Positions 48,199 to 57,593 of a stretch of DNA of 64,000 nucleotides are shown here, piece after piece. Source of the DNA: an uncultured Acidobacteriaceae bacterium (GTDB lineage: Bacteria > Acidobacteriota > Terriglobia > Terriglobales > Acidobacteriaceae). Position 1 is the first letter of the stretch; every line of letters begins with the position of its first letter. The notes beneath the pieces are model-generated. The model was not told the origin of the DNA and searched no databases. It was given only the letters and a program-made list of their open reading frames with translations. The stretch lies in assembly GCA_963807655.1 (NCBI GenBank), contig CAWEDF010000031.1:75055-139054 (forward strand), in the 5' to 3' direction. The position numbers and the translations under genes are program-made.

Positions 48199-48419
48199 CT
48201 GGGCAGGCGAGGGACAGTGGGGGAAGAAGCGTTATCTTTACTGTAAGATACTATTCCGAAATGGGACTAAAAGCAAGGAAGGTCCCTGGTTCCAGCCGCC
48301 CCGGGGAAGCGATAACGGGAGCTCGCTAGCTTGTAAATTATTGTTGTCAGATCGTTTAGGCCTGCCGAAAGGCTGATTAGGCCGGGAACCCGGCGAGCCA
48401 CTTCGCTTATAATCGCGGT

Positions 48420-48872
48420 GTGAGCTTTGCGCAGAGCAAGCGAGACCGGCGGGCCGGGCGCGTTCTCGGGCTGGACGTGGGGTCGAGAAGGATTGGGGTC
48501 GCGGTGTCGGATCCTCTGGGGATTACCGCCCAAGGGTTGGAGACCCTACAGAGGCGGAACAAACGGCAGGACATGGCGGCGCTGGAGCGGGTGATTCTGG
48601 ATTACGCGGTGCGGGAGATCGTGGTCGGTCTGCCGCTGCGGATGAGTGGCGCGGGAGGGACGCAATCGGAAAAGATGCAGGAGTTCGCGGAGGAGTTGCG
48701 GAAGCGCTTCCGGCTGCCAGTGCATTTGTGGGATGAGCGGCTGACCTCGGCGGAAGCGAATCGGCTGTTGCGGGAGACGGAGTTGTCGATTGAGAAGCGG
48801 GCGAAGGCGGTGGATCGAATGGCGGCGGTGCTGATTTTGCAGGGGTGGATGGAAGGGCGTCGGCCCCGGTAG
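48420..48872 (+). CDS. ruvX: YqgF-family putative pre-16S rRNA nuclease / Holliday-junction-resolvase-like protein
   Basis: 150 aa with VLGLDVGSRRIGVAVSDP and WDERLTSAEA. Confidence 0.9.
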   Translation: MSFAQSKRDRRAGRVLGLDVGSRRIGVAVSDPLGITAQGLETLQRRNKRQDMAALERVILDYAVREIVVGLPLRMSGAGGTQSEKMQEFAEELRKRFRLPVHLWDERLTSAEANRLLRETELSIEKRAKAVDRMAAVLILQGWMEGRRPR

Positions 48873-48901
48873 AGGGGCTTCCGGAAAACGGGAGCCGCTC
48901 A

Positions 48902-51850
48902 CTATTTTAGCTTTTCGTACTCCGCCTTGGCTTGCTTCAGGATGGGGATGTCAGGGTCGGCGTCTTTCCAGAGGGCGAAGAAATCCTGGTAAGCAGCTTT
49001 GGCTCTGGCAGTGTCGCCGGTGAGCGTGTAGGCGCGCGCGAGTTGAAGATGGGCCAAAGCGCCGATGGGCTCGTTTGTCACGACGCCGGGATTGTCGATA
49101 ATTTTCTGGAACTCCGCCGCCGCTTCCGGCCCCTTGTGACCCATCAGATATGCCTGGCCCCGGATGTATGCTGGGTACACTTGCAAATAAATCGTCTGGG
49201 CTGGGGTGCCGAGTTCATACGCAGATGCAGCCTCAAGCAGTGCAATCGCCTTGGATGCGTCGCCCTTACTGAGCGCGATTTGGCCGTGAATCTCAGGCAG
49301 GTAATTGAACTGCACGATCGTGTCGAGCGGGAAGTGCTTTGCCAGATCGGCAGCAATTGTCTCTGCATGCCGGACATCGCCCGCAAATGCATAGGCGAGC
49401 GCCGCGGCAGCCTGTATGTCCCGATTGGTTGAGACCGCGAGTGCCGCCGCCGTCCCTTGCTTTGCTTCTGTAGAGTTGCCGAAGAGTGATTCTCGGAGCG
49501 CCGCATCGATTAGGTATCCGGCGGCTGTCTCTTTCTCGTCCGCACGTAACGCGGAGGAGGCAGCCCGTCGGGAAAGTTCACGCGCTTTCTTCAACTGTCC
49601 TGAATAGCCTGCCGTCAGGCCCTCAAGATAAAGTAGGACATCTTCGACTCCCGGCTTTCCGGTTGCCCACGCCGCTTCACGGTTCATGCTCGATTCATCG
49701 TGCTCCAGGAAGGCTACTTGGTAGAGGTTAAGGTGGTTCAAATAAGAATCCTGATGACGTGCCTGGGCCTCGGCGACGGTCGCTTTCGCTTGACTGAGTT
49801 GGTTCAAACTCAAGTAGGTTCCAACCACGGCGGCATAGCCAATGGCGCTCGGGTCCAGGCTGAATGCTCTTTGCGCCTCCGGCAGAGTCTTATCGTACTG
49901 ACCTATCTGACCGTACATGTAGCCCAAGTCTGTAGGGGGAACAGTGTCCAGAGGATAGGTTTCGGCCCAAAGCCGGTAAGTCTTGGCGGCTTTGTCCAAT
50001 TCCCCTGTAACAAAGTGATAATAGTGAGAAGTAATGTAAAACCTCTCTCGCTCACCCACCCGGTCGCGCAACTCGTAGGCCTTGACTTCGCTTTCGGCGC
50101 CCAAGGCGGCTTGGCCCAAATTGCCATAATCGAGGCCCAGTGCTGAATAGGCCATGGCGAACTTGGGGTCGAGGCTGATGGCGCGCTGGAACAAGGCAAT
50201 CGCGGCCGCCGGATCATACTTCTCGACGTGCGCCCTTTGCCCCAGCGTGTAAGCTTGCAGCGCTTCCAGCGAGGAAGTGGTTGCCTGCTCCAGTGGTGTG
50301 TCGAATTTCTGGACGGACGCCAGAGATTCGCCGAGTTTGCCGCGGAGCTCAGAGGCCGCTTTGGCCAGCGTCTCCAGAACGTGTTGTTTGTCACTGGCCG
50401 TCACCTGCTCTTGCGCCAGTGTTTCTCCGGTGCGGCAGTTGGAAGCCGTCAAGCCAAGAACGTATTGTGGAGCGAGGCTGGCAATCGTGCCATCAATCAC
50501 GGCTTTGGCGTTGACGCGCTGGCAGAGTTGCCGGGCGAGGTCTTTTGTGAGGCGCGTGCCGGCGGACTGCTCCATCTGCTTCAGCGTATCGGCGATGCGC
50601 TGGTCCGATACCAGATTCAAGAATGGCGACTGCTCAAGCTGGACTGCCAGCCCTTGCCGGAGCGTTCCATCAAAAACCGGATCGCCGGTGGTGTTGGCGA
50701 AGTCGGCTAACACAATGGTGTCCTTTTCCGTGAGTGGAGGCGCCCGGCGAGACCGCCAGAACAAGGTGCCCAGGATAACCGCCGCCAACAAGACGAGCGC
50801 CGGAATCAGAATCTTGCTCCGCGGACGGGGCGCCGCCAGAATTTGATCGGAGCGCGGCATCGTCTTTTTTTCCGGCGTTGCTGGAGCAGCCGGCATTTTG
50901 GATGGCTCTGGCGGCGCCGCGATCTTAGCCGCTATTTCGGTCCGACGTGATTCTGTATCTCTTTTCAGCCGCTGCAGGTCGGTGCGAATTTCCGCGGCGC
51001 TCTGGTAGCGCAGAGTGCGATCTTTCTCAACTGCTTTGTCGATGGCTCGTTCAAGATCAGCCGGCACTTCGGGGTTCAAGCGAACGGGCGCTACGGCAGC
51101 TTTGTGCAAAATGGCATCGAAGATCGCGCCGGCAGTTTCACCGGTGAAGGGGAGGTTCCCGGTTGCCATCTCGTACAGCACGACACCAAAAGAGAACAAA
51201 TCCGTGCGGGGATCGAGTTCTTTGCCTAATACCTGCTCCGGGGACATGTAGGCGACGGTGCCGATGGCCGTTCCGGGAGAAGTGAGATGTTGCTCGTCGA
51301 CGGATCCGGACTGGGTGCCAGCCGCTGCGATTTTGCTGGAGGAACTTGCTGCCAAGGTGATCTTGGCCAGGCCGAAATCGAGAATCTTGGCATAGCCGCG
51401 GTCGGTGACAAAAAGATTAGCCGGTTTGATGTCGCGATGCACAATACCTTTGGCGTGGGCTGCATCGAGTGCATCCGCAATCTGAATGGCCAGCGAGAGA
51501 ATCGTTTCAGTCTCCATCGGACGCGCGCCAATACGATGTTTCAGCGTCATCCCGTCCAGAAATTCCATGGCGATGAAGGCCTGACCATTCGCCTCGCCAA
51601 TATCGTGAATAGTGCAGATGTTGGGATGGTTGAGGGCGGAGGCAGCCCTGGCTTCCCGATGGAATCGTTCCAGGACCTGGCGATCATGGGCAACCTCCGG
51701 GGGGAGGAACTTGAGGGCCACAAAGCGGTCGAGCCGGGTGTCCTGCGCTTTGTAGACAACACCCATGCCGCCGCCGCCAAGCTTCTCGATAATGCGGTAA
51801 TGCGAGATGGTTGTGCCGATCAAAGGCCTTTGCCCGCCCCAAGGTCGCAA
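48902..51850 (-). CDS. Ser/Thr protein kinase with TM segment and long TPR-repeat C-terminal region
   Basis: 982 aa with [19 protein letters not shown] and DFGLAK, then many TPR-like AxxYxxLG repeats. Confidence 0.9.
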   Translation of the reverse strand: MRPWGGQRPLIGTTISHYRIIEKLGGGGMGVVYKAQDTRLDRFVALKFLPPEVAHDRQVLERFHREARAASALNHPNICTIHDIGEANGQAFIAMEFLDGMTLKHRIGARPMETETILSLAIQIADALDAAHAKGIVHRDIKPANLFVTDRGYAKILDFGLAKITLAASSSSKIAAAGTQSGSVDEQHLTSPGTAIGTVAYMSPEQVLGKELDPRTDLFSFGVVLYEMATGNLPFTGETAGAIFDAILHKAAVAPVRLNPEVPADLERAIDKAVEKDRTLRYQSAAEIRTDLQRLKRDTESRRTEIAAKIAAPPEPSKMPAAPATPEKKTMPRSDQILAAPRPRSKILIPALVLLAAVILGTLFWRSRRAPPLTEKDTIVLADFANTTGDPVFDGTLRQGLAVQLEQSPFLNLVSDQRIADTLKQMEQSAGTRLTKDLARQLCQRVNAKAVIDGTIASLAPQYVLGLTASNCRTGETLAQEQVTASDKQHVLETLAKAASELRGKLGESLASVQKFDTPLEQATTSSLEALQAYTLGQRAHVEKYDPAAAIALFQRAISLDPKFAMAYSALGLDYGNLGQAALGAESEVKAYELRDRVGERERFYITSHYYHFVTGELDKAAKTYRLWAETYPLDTVPPTDLGYMYGQIGQYDKTLPEAQRAFSLDPSAIGYAAVVGTYLSLNQLSQAKATVAEAQARHQDSYLNHLNLYQVAFLEHDESSMNREAAWATGKPGVEDVLLYLEGLTAGYSGQLKKARELSRRAASSALRADEKETAAGYLIDAALRESLFGNSTEAKQGTAAALAVSTNRDIQAAAALAYAFAGDVRHAETIAADLAKHFPLDTIVQFNYLPEIHGQIALSKGDASKAIALLEAASAYELGTPAQTIYLQVYPAYIRGQAYLMGHKGPEAAAEFQKIIDNPGVVTNEPIGALAHLQLARAYTLTGDTARAKAAYQDFFALWKDADPDIPILKQAKAEYEKLK

Positions 51851-51963
51851 TCTTAGTAATGCTGATCCGGTAAGTCAATGTCGGGCGATTATTCCCGCAC
51901 ACGCCAACAGCCTGCGTACGAAGCGCTTTCGTCAAGTTCTTATTGCCCGCGCACCGCACGCCG

Positions 51964-52174
51964 GCAGGAGTTAGCGGAGGAGTTGCGGAAGCGCTTCCGG
52001 CTGCCAGTACACCTCTGGGATGAACGGCTGACCTCGGCGGAAGCGAACCGGCTGTTGCGGGAGACGGAGTTGTCGATCGAAAAGCGGGCGAAGGCCGTGG
52101 ACCGCATGGCGGCAGTTTTGATCTTGCAGGGGTGGATGGAGGGGCGGGAAGGCGGTCGTTTCGTTGGTCGTTAG
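51964..52174 (+). pseudogene. Duplicate of the ruvX 3' end (codes ELAEELRKRFRLPVHLWDERLTSAEANRLL...ILQGWMEG)
   Basis: Aligns to 48683-48860 with about 18 differences. By my codon alignment, 17 of them are synonymous in the ruvX frame. Confidence 0.85.
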
Positions 52175-52204
52175 TCGTTAGTCCTGCGTCGTTCGTCGTT
52201 CGTC
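52154..52204. repeat. Tract of degenerate GTCGTT(N) tandem units
   Basis: ggtcgtttcgttggtcgttagtcgttagtcctgcgtcgttcgtcgttcgtc. Same unit family as at 2547, 9964 and 26357. Confidence 0.8.
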
Positions 52205-52223
52205 AACCCAGAACCCAGCCACT

Positions 52224-53427
52224 TCAGATCTTCAGGAAGATTTTCTTGCGGTCCATGAGCCAGATGGGGACGAGGCAGAGCAGGACGAAGCACAGGGAGA
52301 ACAGGAGCGAGGCGAAGCTAGCGCTTCCCAGCGGGGCGAAGAAACGCTGGAAGATGTACTCGTGTGTGTTCAGGGTCTCGCCGTGCAGCGGTGCGCTGAA
52401 GAAGTCGAGCAGTTCCGAGAACAGCCCGCGATGGTATAGACCACGATTGAGTTTCTGCCAAAGATGAGGAAGGGCCGTGTCCAGGCCCCGCGCCAGCGTT
52501 TGATGTCGGTGGCCCAATAGCAGAGGGCAAGGCAAACCAGGGCAAAGCCGGCGGCGAAGAGCACGTAGGAACTGGTCCAGAGTTTCTTGTTGATGGGGAA
52601 CCATATCCCCCAGATTTCACCAAGAACCAGACCTGCGACGCCGAAGATTAGCATGCCGAGGGCTTTGGATTGCGGGCTGCGTTTGGAGCGCAGCCATTCT
52701 CCGGTGAAGACTCCCAGCAGAGCGGTTCCGATTGAAGGCAATGTGCTGAGGAGCCCTTCAGGATCGCGGGTGATCTCATAGAGACGGGTGCTGCCCCAGA
52801 GCAGAAACTTGCGATCCAGATAAGCCGCGAGATTGGCGTCGGGGTGAAGGAGTGGTATGTCGCGGCCGGGAACTCCGAAGCCGGGCACTGGAACGAAGCG
52901 CATCAGGATCCAATAGCCGACGAGCAATGCGGCAACCACCAGGGCACGGGCTTTAGGCCGGACATAAAGGAAAAGGATTGACGCGACCAAATAGCAGATG
53001 CCGATGCGTTGCAGCACGCCGGGAATGCGCAGCCCGCGCGATGATGAGGCCAAAATCGAGGAGGAATTTAAGGCTAACCCAATAGGCGAAGATCGTGATA
53101 GCGCGGCGGAAGGTATGGCGCAAGAGTAAGGCGCGGGAATCGCCTCCGGCCAAGCCTCGATTGGAAGGAGAAGACCAGCGAGACTCCGACGATGAAGAGG
53201 AAGAACGGGAATATGAGGTCGGTGGGAGTCCAGCCGTTCCACTCGGCGTGTTCCAGCGGCCAATAGGCGTGCTCGTTGCCGGGATTGTTGACCAGGATCA
53301 TAGCGGCGATGGTGACGCCGCGGAATAAATCGAGAGAGGTAAGGCGATCGGAGGGGGCGGTCACCGGGGACTTTACGGGTGCCACCGAGGTTTCGTAGGC
53401 GGATGTGGCCATGATGGAAAACAGCAA
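52224..53427 (-). pseudogene. Acyltransferase-like membrane protein (DUF1624/DUF5009, heparan-alpha-glucosaminide N-acetyltransferase-like), at least 3 frame changes
   Basis: Pieces lie in three frames: [23 protein letters not shown]...[16 protein letters not shown]; [21 protein letters not shown]; GVLQRIGICYLVASI...KKLWTSSYVLFAAGF; FSELLDFFSAPLHG... Confidence 0.7.
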
Positions 53428-53451
53428 GGATTGTACACCTAGGCGGTCTCG

Positions 53452-54443
53452 CTATTGTCCGCGCACCGCGCGGCGGAAGGCGGTGACATTGCTGTTGTGT
53501 TCTTCGAGGGTGCGGGCGAAGCGGTGGTGGCCCTGGGCGTCGGCGACGAAGTAGTAGTAGTCGCTCTGTGCGGGGTGCATGGCGGCTTCCAGAGCGCTCT
53601 TGCCGGGATTGCCGATGGGGCTGGGTGGAAGTCCCGGGTGCCTGTAGGTGTTGTAGGGGGAATCGAAGCGCATGTCGTCGTGATGCAGCGCGCCGGTGTA
53701 TGTTCCTGCCAGGAGTTCCGCGTAAATGATGCTGGGATCGGCGTCGAGTGCGATGTTTTTCGCCAGGCGGTTGTAGTATACGCTGGCGACTATGGGACGT
53801 TCTTCGGCAACCGCCGTTTCCTTCTCGACAATGGACGCCATAGTCACGGTTCGCTCGATGTCGGTTGCACCAGGCGCCGCAATCAATCCAATCTGGTGCG
53901 CGACCTGGCGAAACTGTTTGACCATGGCTGCGGCCATGTCTTGCATGGTCTGCATGCGGCTGAATTGGTAGGTATCGGGGAAGAGGTAGCCTTCGAGAGA
54001 AGGCGCGCTGGGAGCGAGGTCGGCGATGAGCGCGGTATCAGACTGCGCGACTTTCAGGAAATTTTCCGCAGGGCCGAGGCCGGCAGCTTCGACGGCGCGG
54101 GCGACGTCGAACATCGTGAAGCCTTCGGGAACGACTACGGTATGAAAGTAAACGTCGCCGCGGGCCAGGCGCTTCTGCACGTCGATGAGGTTGGCGGGCT
54201 TTCGAACAGATATTCTCCGGCCTGGAGCGGGCGGCGGTGGATGTAGTGCCAGAGGATGAAACCTTGCTCGCTGCGAATGACTCCGGCGGACTTGAGTTCG
54301 GAGGCGATGCGGCGCGTGGAATATCCCGGGCGCAGCATCACGAAAGTCTTCGCCGGAGGTTCGGTGGGTATCAGCAGTGCCCAGGCGAACCAGCCCGCGC
54401 AGGCAAACGCCGCAATCACGATGAGCCAGAAGATCTTGCGCAC
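53452..54443 (-). pseudogene. mltG: Endolytic murein transglycosylase (YceG family), frame change near 54195
   Basis: ORF 54135..54443 has an N-terminal TM segment and ...LQAGEYLFES. ORF 53452..54180 continues ...VQKRLARGDVYFHTVVVPEGFT...ASIVEKET...YNTYRHPGLPP. Confidence 0.85.
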
Positions 54444-54703
54444 TATGTCGACAGTTTAGAGGATGAGGGAGAGCGTGCGTAGCTGACTTTAGTAAGATTC
54501 TGGGTTCAACGCTGGGGATACATCAAAATCTTAGAACCCGGAGAGCGCTAAGAACCGCCGCGGAGGGCGTGGAGGGCTGGGGGGCCTTCCGGCGGGCTTC
54601 GAGTTTTCTGAGAATTGAGGCGCTGGCGGATGTGGTACCTGTTTGTTTTGCACCCTTTGCCGCGCTGTATACTCAAATCTTCTGGGAGTCACTCTAATAC
54701 TTC

Positions 54704-55645
54704 ATGAGACGTAGCTCGCCTTTTTGGGTCCTGACTTTGCTTCTTGCGGTGCTGCCTACGACTGGCTGCCTGTTTCGTACGCGGCCCGTGGAGGAAACGT
54801 ACTCGAAGGCACCTCTTCGGGAATCGACGCAATCGGGATTGATCGACGGCATCGACCAGCAGGCGGCGAAGATCCGATCGCTGCAAGCTACTGTGGATAT
54901 TGATACTTCCGTGGGCGGCGCGAAGAAAGGCCATGTCACCGACTACAAGGAGATTCGCGGCTACGTGCTGGCGCGGAAGCCCGCCATGCTGCACATGATT
55001 GGGCTGCTCCCGATCGTGCGGACCACGGCTTTCGACATGGTGAGCGACGGCCAGGAGTTTAAACTGTGGATTCCTCCGAAGAACCGGTTTGTTATGGGGC
55101 GGAACGACGTGGAGACGCGGAACGCCGACCAACCCATGGAAAGCATCCGGCCGCAGGATATTTATGACGCGCTTCTGATCCAGCCCATCGATCCCGAGCA
55201 CGAGATTGCCGTTCTGGAAAATGGAGAAGAAATTCTGCATGACGCCAAGGGGCATCGCGTACTGCAGGAGGACTACGAACTGATCGTCATCCGCAAAAAG
55301 GGCCCGAATGAGGGCATGCTGTCACGCAAGATTGTACTCAGCCGCACCGATCTGCTGCCGCATCGCCAGTACATCTATGACGATCAGGGCAAACTGATGA
55401 CCGATGCCCGCTACGCGAAGTACAAGGACTATGACGGCGTCAGCTTTCCCTCGCGTATCGAGATTTTCCGGCCGCAGGAGGAATACGACATCACCCTGAA
55501 TATGCTGAAGGTGGAAATGAACAAGGCGCTGCGCGACGATCAGTTTGCCCTGGAGCAGCCACCGGGCGCGGAAGTGGTGCATCTGGATCATCCGCAGTCG
55601 AGCGCGGTCGGGCCGCGGCCGGCGGGCGCCAACAGCAAACGTTAG
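54704..55645 (+). CDS. Lipoprotein, possibly LolA/LolB-like (outer-membrane lipoprotein-sorting fold)
   Basis: Lipobox LPTTGC after a signal peptide. Function is inferred only from general resemblance and from the adjacent FtsX-type permease. Confidence 0.55.
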   Translation: MRRSSPFWVLTLLLAVLPTTGCLFRTRPVEETYSKAPLRESTQSGLIDGIDQQAAKIRSLQATVDIDTSVGGAKKGHVTDYKEIRGYVLARKPAMLHMIGLLPIVRTTAFDMVSDGQEFKLWIPPKNRFVMGRNDVETRNADQPMESIRPQDIYDALLIQPIDPEHEIAVLENGEEILHDAKGHRVLQEDYELIVIRKKGPNEGMLSRKIVLSRTDLLPHRQYIYDDQGKLMTDARYAKYKDYDGVSFPSRIEIFRPQEEYDITLNMLKVEMNKALRDDQFALEQPPGAEVVHLDHPQSSAVGPRPAGANSKR

Positions 55646-55687
55646 CGGCGACTGCGTCATGCGGTTGAGTTCCGCTTTCCCAACCCT

Positions 55688-56794
55688 ATGATGAACAAAA
55701 TGGTTGTCGCGAATCTGGTACACCGGCCGATTCGTTCGCTGATCAGCATTGTCGCGGTGGCGCTGGAAGTTGCTTTGATTCTACTGATCGCCGGCTTGTC
55801 CTATGGCATCATGAACGACTCCAGGAACCGGACTGCCGGTATCGGCGCAGATGTGATTGTGCAGCCGCCGGGGTCGTCGAATCTGGCCGGCATCAGCAGC
55901 GCTCCTGTTCCTATCAAGGTCGGCGATATTCTGCGTAAATTGCCTCACGTTAGGGTGGTGAGTCCGGTAGTTTGGCAGCTCTCTACCGCGGGTGCACTGG
56001 AAGTGATTGACGGAATCGATCTGCCCAGCTTCGAGGCCTTGGGCGGACCTTTCCAGTATGTTCACGGTGGACCGTTCCAGGGGCCGAACGACATTCTGGT
56101 GGATGACTTCATCGCGCGCCAGAAGCACGTGAAGGTCGGTGACATAATGGAGGTCCTGAATCACGAGTTTCGCGTGAGTGGGATTGTGGAGAATGGCCGA
56201 GGAGCGCGGAAGTTTCTACCGCTGGCCTCGATGCAGGATCTGATTGGGGCGAAGGACAAGGCATCAGTCTTTTACGTGAAGCTCGACGACCCAGCTCACG
56301 CCGGCGAAGTGGTGAACGAAGTAAAGAGTCAGCCGGGTATGGAGAAGTATTCTGTTCAATCGACCGAAGAGTATCTGAGCATGATGACGCCGAGCCACCT
56401 GCCCGGCTTCCGTCCATTTATTGGCGTAGTGATTGGCGTGAGCGTGATCATCGGCTTTCTCGTGATCTTCCAATCGATGTATGCGGCGGTGATGGAGCGC
56501 ACGCGCGAGATCGGAATCCTGAAAGCGATGGGCGCGTCGAAGGGCTATATCGTAAATGCGATTTTGCGCGAGACGGGATTGCTGGCCGTGTTCGGCATCC
56601 TGCTCGGGATCGGGTTCAGCTTCGCGGCGAGCTGGGCCATCCGGCACCGCTTTCCGCTGGTGCAAGTGGTAGTAACGGGTGATTGGGTTCTGCGTTCCAT
56701 GTTGGTGGCCGTGCTCGGGGCTGTTGCAGGTGCGCTGTATCCGGCATTCAAGGCGGCGCGGAAGGATCCGATTGAGGCGCTGGCGTACGAGTGA
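55688..56794 (+). CDS. ABC transporter permease (FtsX/MacB/LolCE type), intact
   Basis: 368 aa with RSLISIVAVALEVALILL, AVMERTREIGILKAMGA and KDPIEALAYE. Confidence 0.85.
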   Translation: MMNKMVVANLVHRPIRSLISIVAVALEVALILLIAGLSYGIMNDSRNRTAGIGADVIVQPPGSSNLAGISSAPVPIKVGDILRKLPHVRVVSPVVWQLSTAGALEVIDGIDLPSFEALGGPFQYVHGGPFQGPNDILVDDFIARQKHVKVGDIMEVLNHEFRVSGIVENGRGARKFLPLASMQDLIGAKDKASVFYVKLDDPAHAGEVVNEVKSQPGMEKYSVQSTEEYLSMMTPSHLPGFRPFIGVVIGVSVIIGFLVIFQSMYAAVMERTREIGILKAMGASKGYIVNAILRETGLLAVFGILLGIGFSFAASWAIRHRFPLVQVVVTGDWVLRSMLVAVLGAVAGALYPAFKAARKDPIEALAYE

Positions 56795-56851
56795 GAGCAG
56801 CTTAGCAGTTAGCATTAGCCAGTTACCGTTTCGTGCGCGCCCGTTTTTATC

Positions 56852-57391
56852 TCATTCCTCCGACTCTGGTTTCGATTCCAGTCCTGCTCGCTTTAGCAGC
56901 CTTCGCAATCCGGTCTCTCCGGCGGCTCCCCGTTGTTCGGCGGCAATGTTGCCCTCGCGGTCGATCAACACGTAGATGGGATAGCTCTGGGCGTTGTACA
57001 TGGCGGCGAGGTTGGTATCTTTCGTGAGGACAATGGGAACGGACCGCGGGTGCTCGGCAAGGTATTTCTTCACCTTCTGATCGGGCTCGAGGACGTCGAC
57101 GGCCAACACAATCAGGCCTTGGTCAGAGAATTCTTTTGCGATGTCATCCACCAGCGAGGCTTCGCCTTCGCAGAACTTGCACCAGGTGGTCCAGAACTCA
57201 AACAAGACGATCTTGCCCTTGACCGAGGCATTGTTGAACTGGTCGCCAGCCGTCGTCTTCGCCCGAAAGCGAGGCGCGGGCTGGCCGGTTTCATCGCCGG
57301 CGAAAGCGCAGAGAGTGATTATCGCGAGCGCGACCGGTACGAGGCGGCGGAGGACAATCGTTGGCGCTGCCATGGGGCGGAATATTATCAC
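56852..57391 (-). CDS. TlpA-like thiol-disulfide oxidoreductase (thioredoxin fold)
   Basis: 179 aa, signal or anchor segment, FEFWTTWCKFCEGE (CxxC). Confidence 0.8.
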   Translation of the reverse strand: MIIFRPMAAPTIVLRRLVPVALAIITLCAFAGDETGQPAPRFRAKTTAGDQFNNASVKGKIVLFEFWTTWCKFCEGEASLVDDIAKEFSDQGLIVLAVDVLEPDQKVKKYLAEHPRSVPIVLTKDTNLAAMYNAQSYPIYVLIDREGNIAAEQRGAAGETGLRRLLKRAGLESKPESEE

Positions 57392-57425
57392 GACTACGCG
57401 AAAGGCCGTTAGACATTACTGTGCC

Positions 57426-57479
57426 CTTGATCCGTTTGACTTGATCCGTTTGACCCTTCTTTTCTCGCGCCTGTAAGAT
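57426..57479 (+). promoter_or_regulatory. Perfect 14-nt tandem duplication (cttgatccgtttga x2) overlapping a candidate promoter TTGACC-N18-TAAGAT for valS
   Basis: Repeat units at 57426-57439 and 57440-57453. -35-like at 57450-57455 and -10-like at 57474-57479. Pattern only. Confidence 0.3.
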
Positions 57480-57593
57480 CAAAAGCAGCACTCAGACATT
57501 CAGGCACTCAGGCTAACCCAGATCAGCCCGGAAGAACACAGTGCTTCTGAGTGGCGGATTGCTGACTGCTGATTGCTGACTGCTGATTTCCCC

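Noticed and set aside
52154-52204. Tandem short repeats (here and at 2547, 20627, 31154, 57555, 60380) considered as CRISPR arrays.
   Set aside because: The period is only 6-7 nt with no unique spacers, and there are no cas genes.
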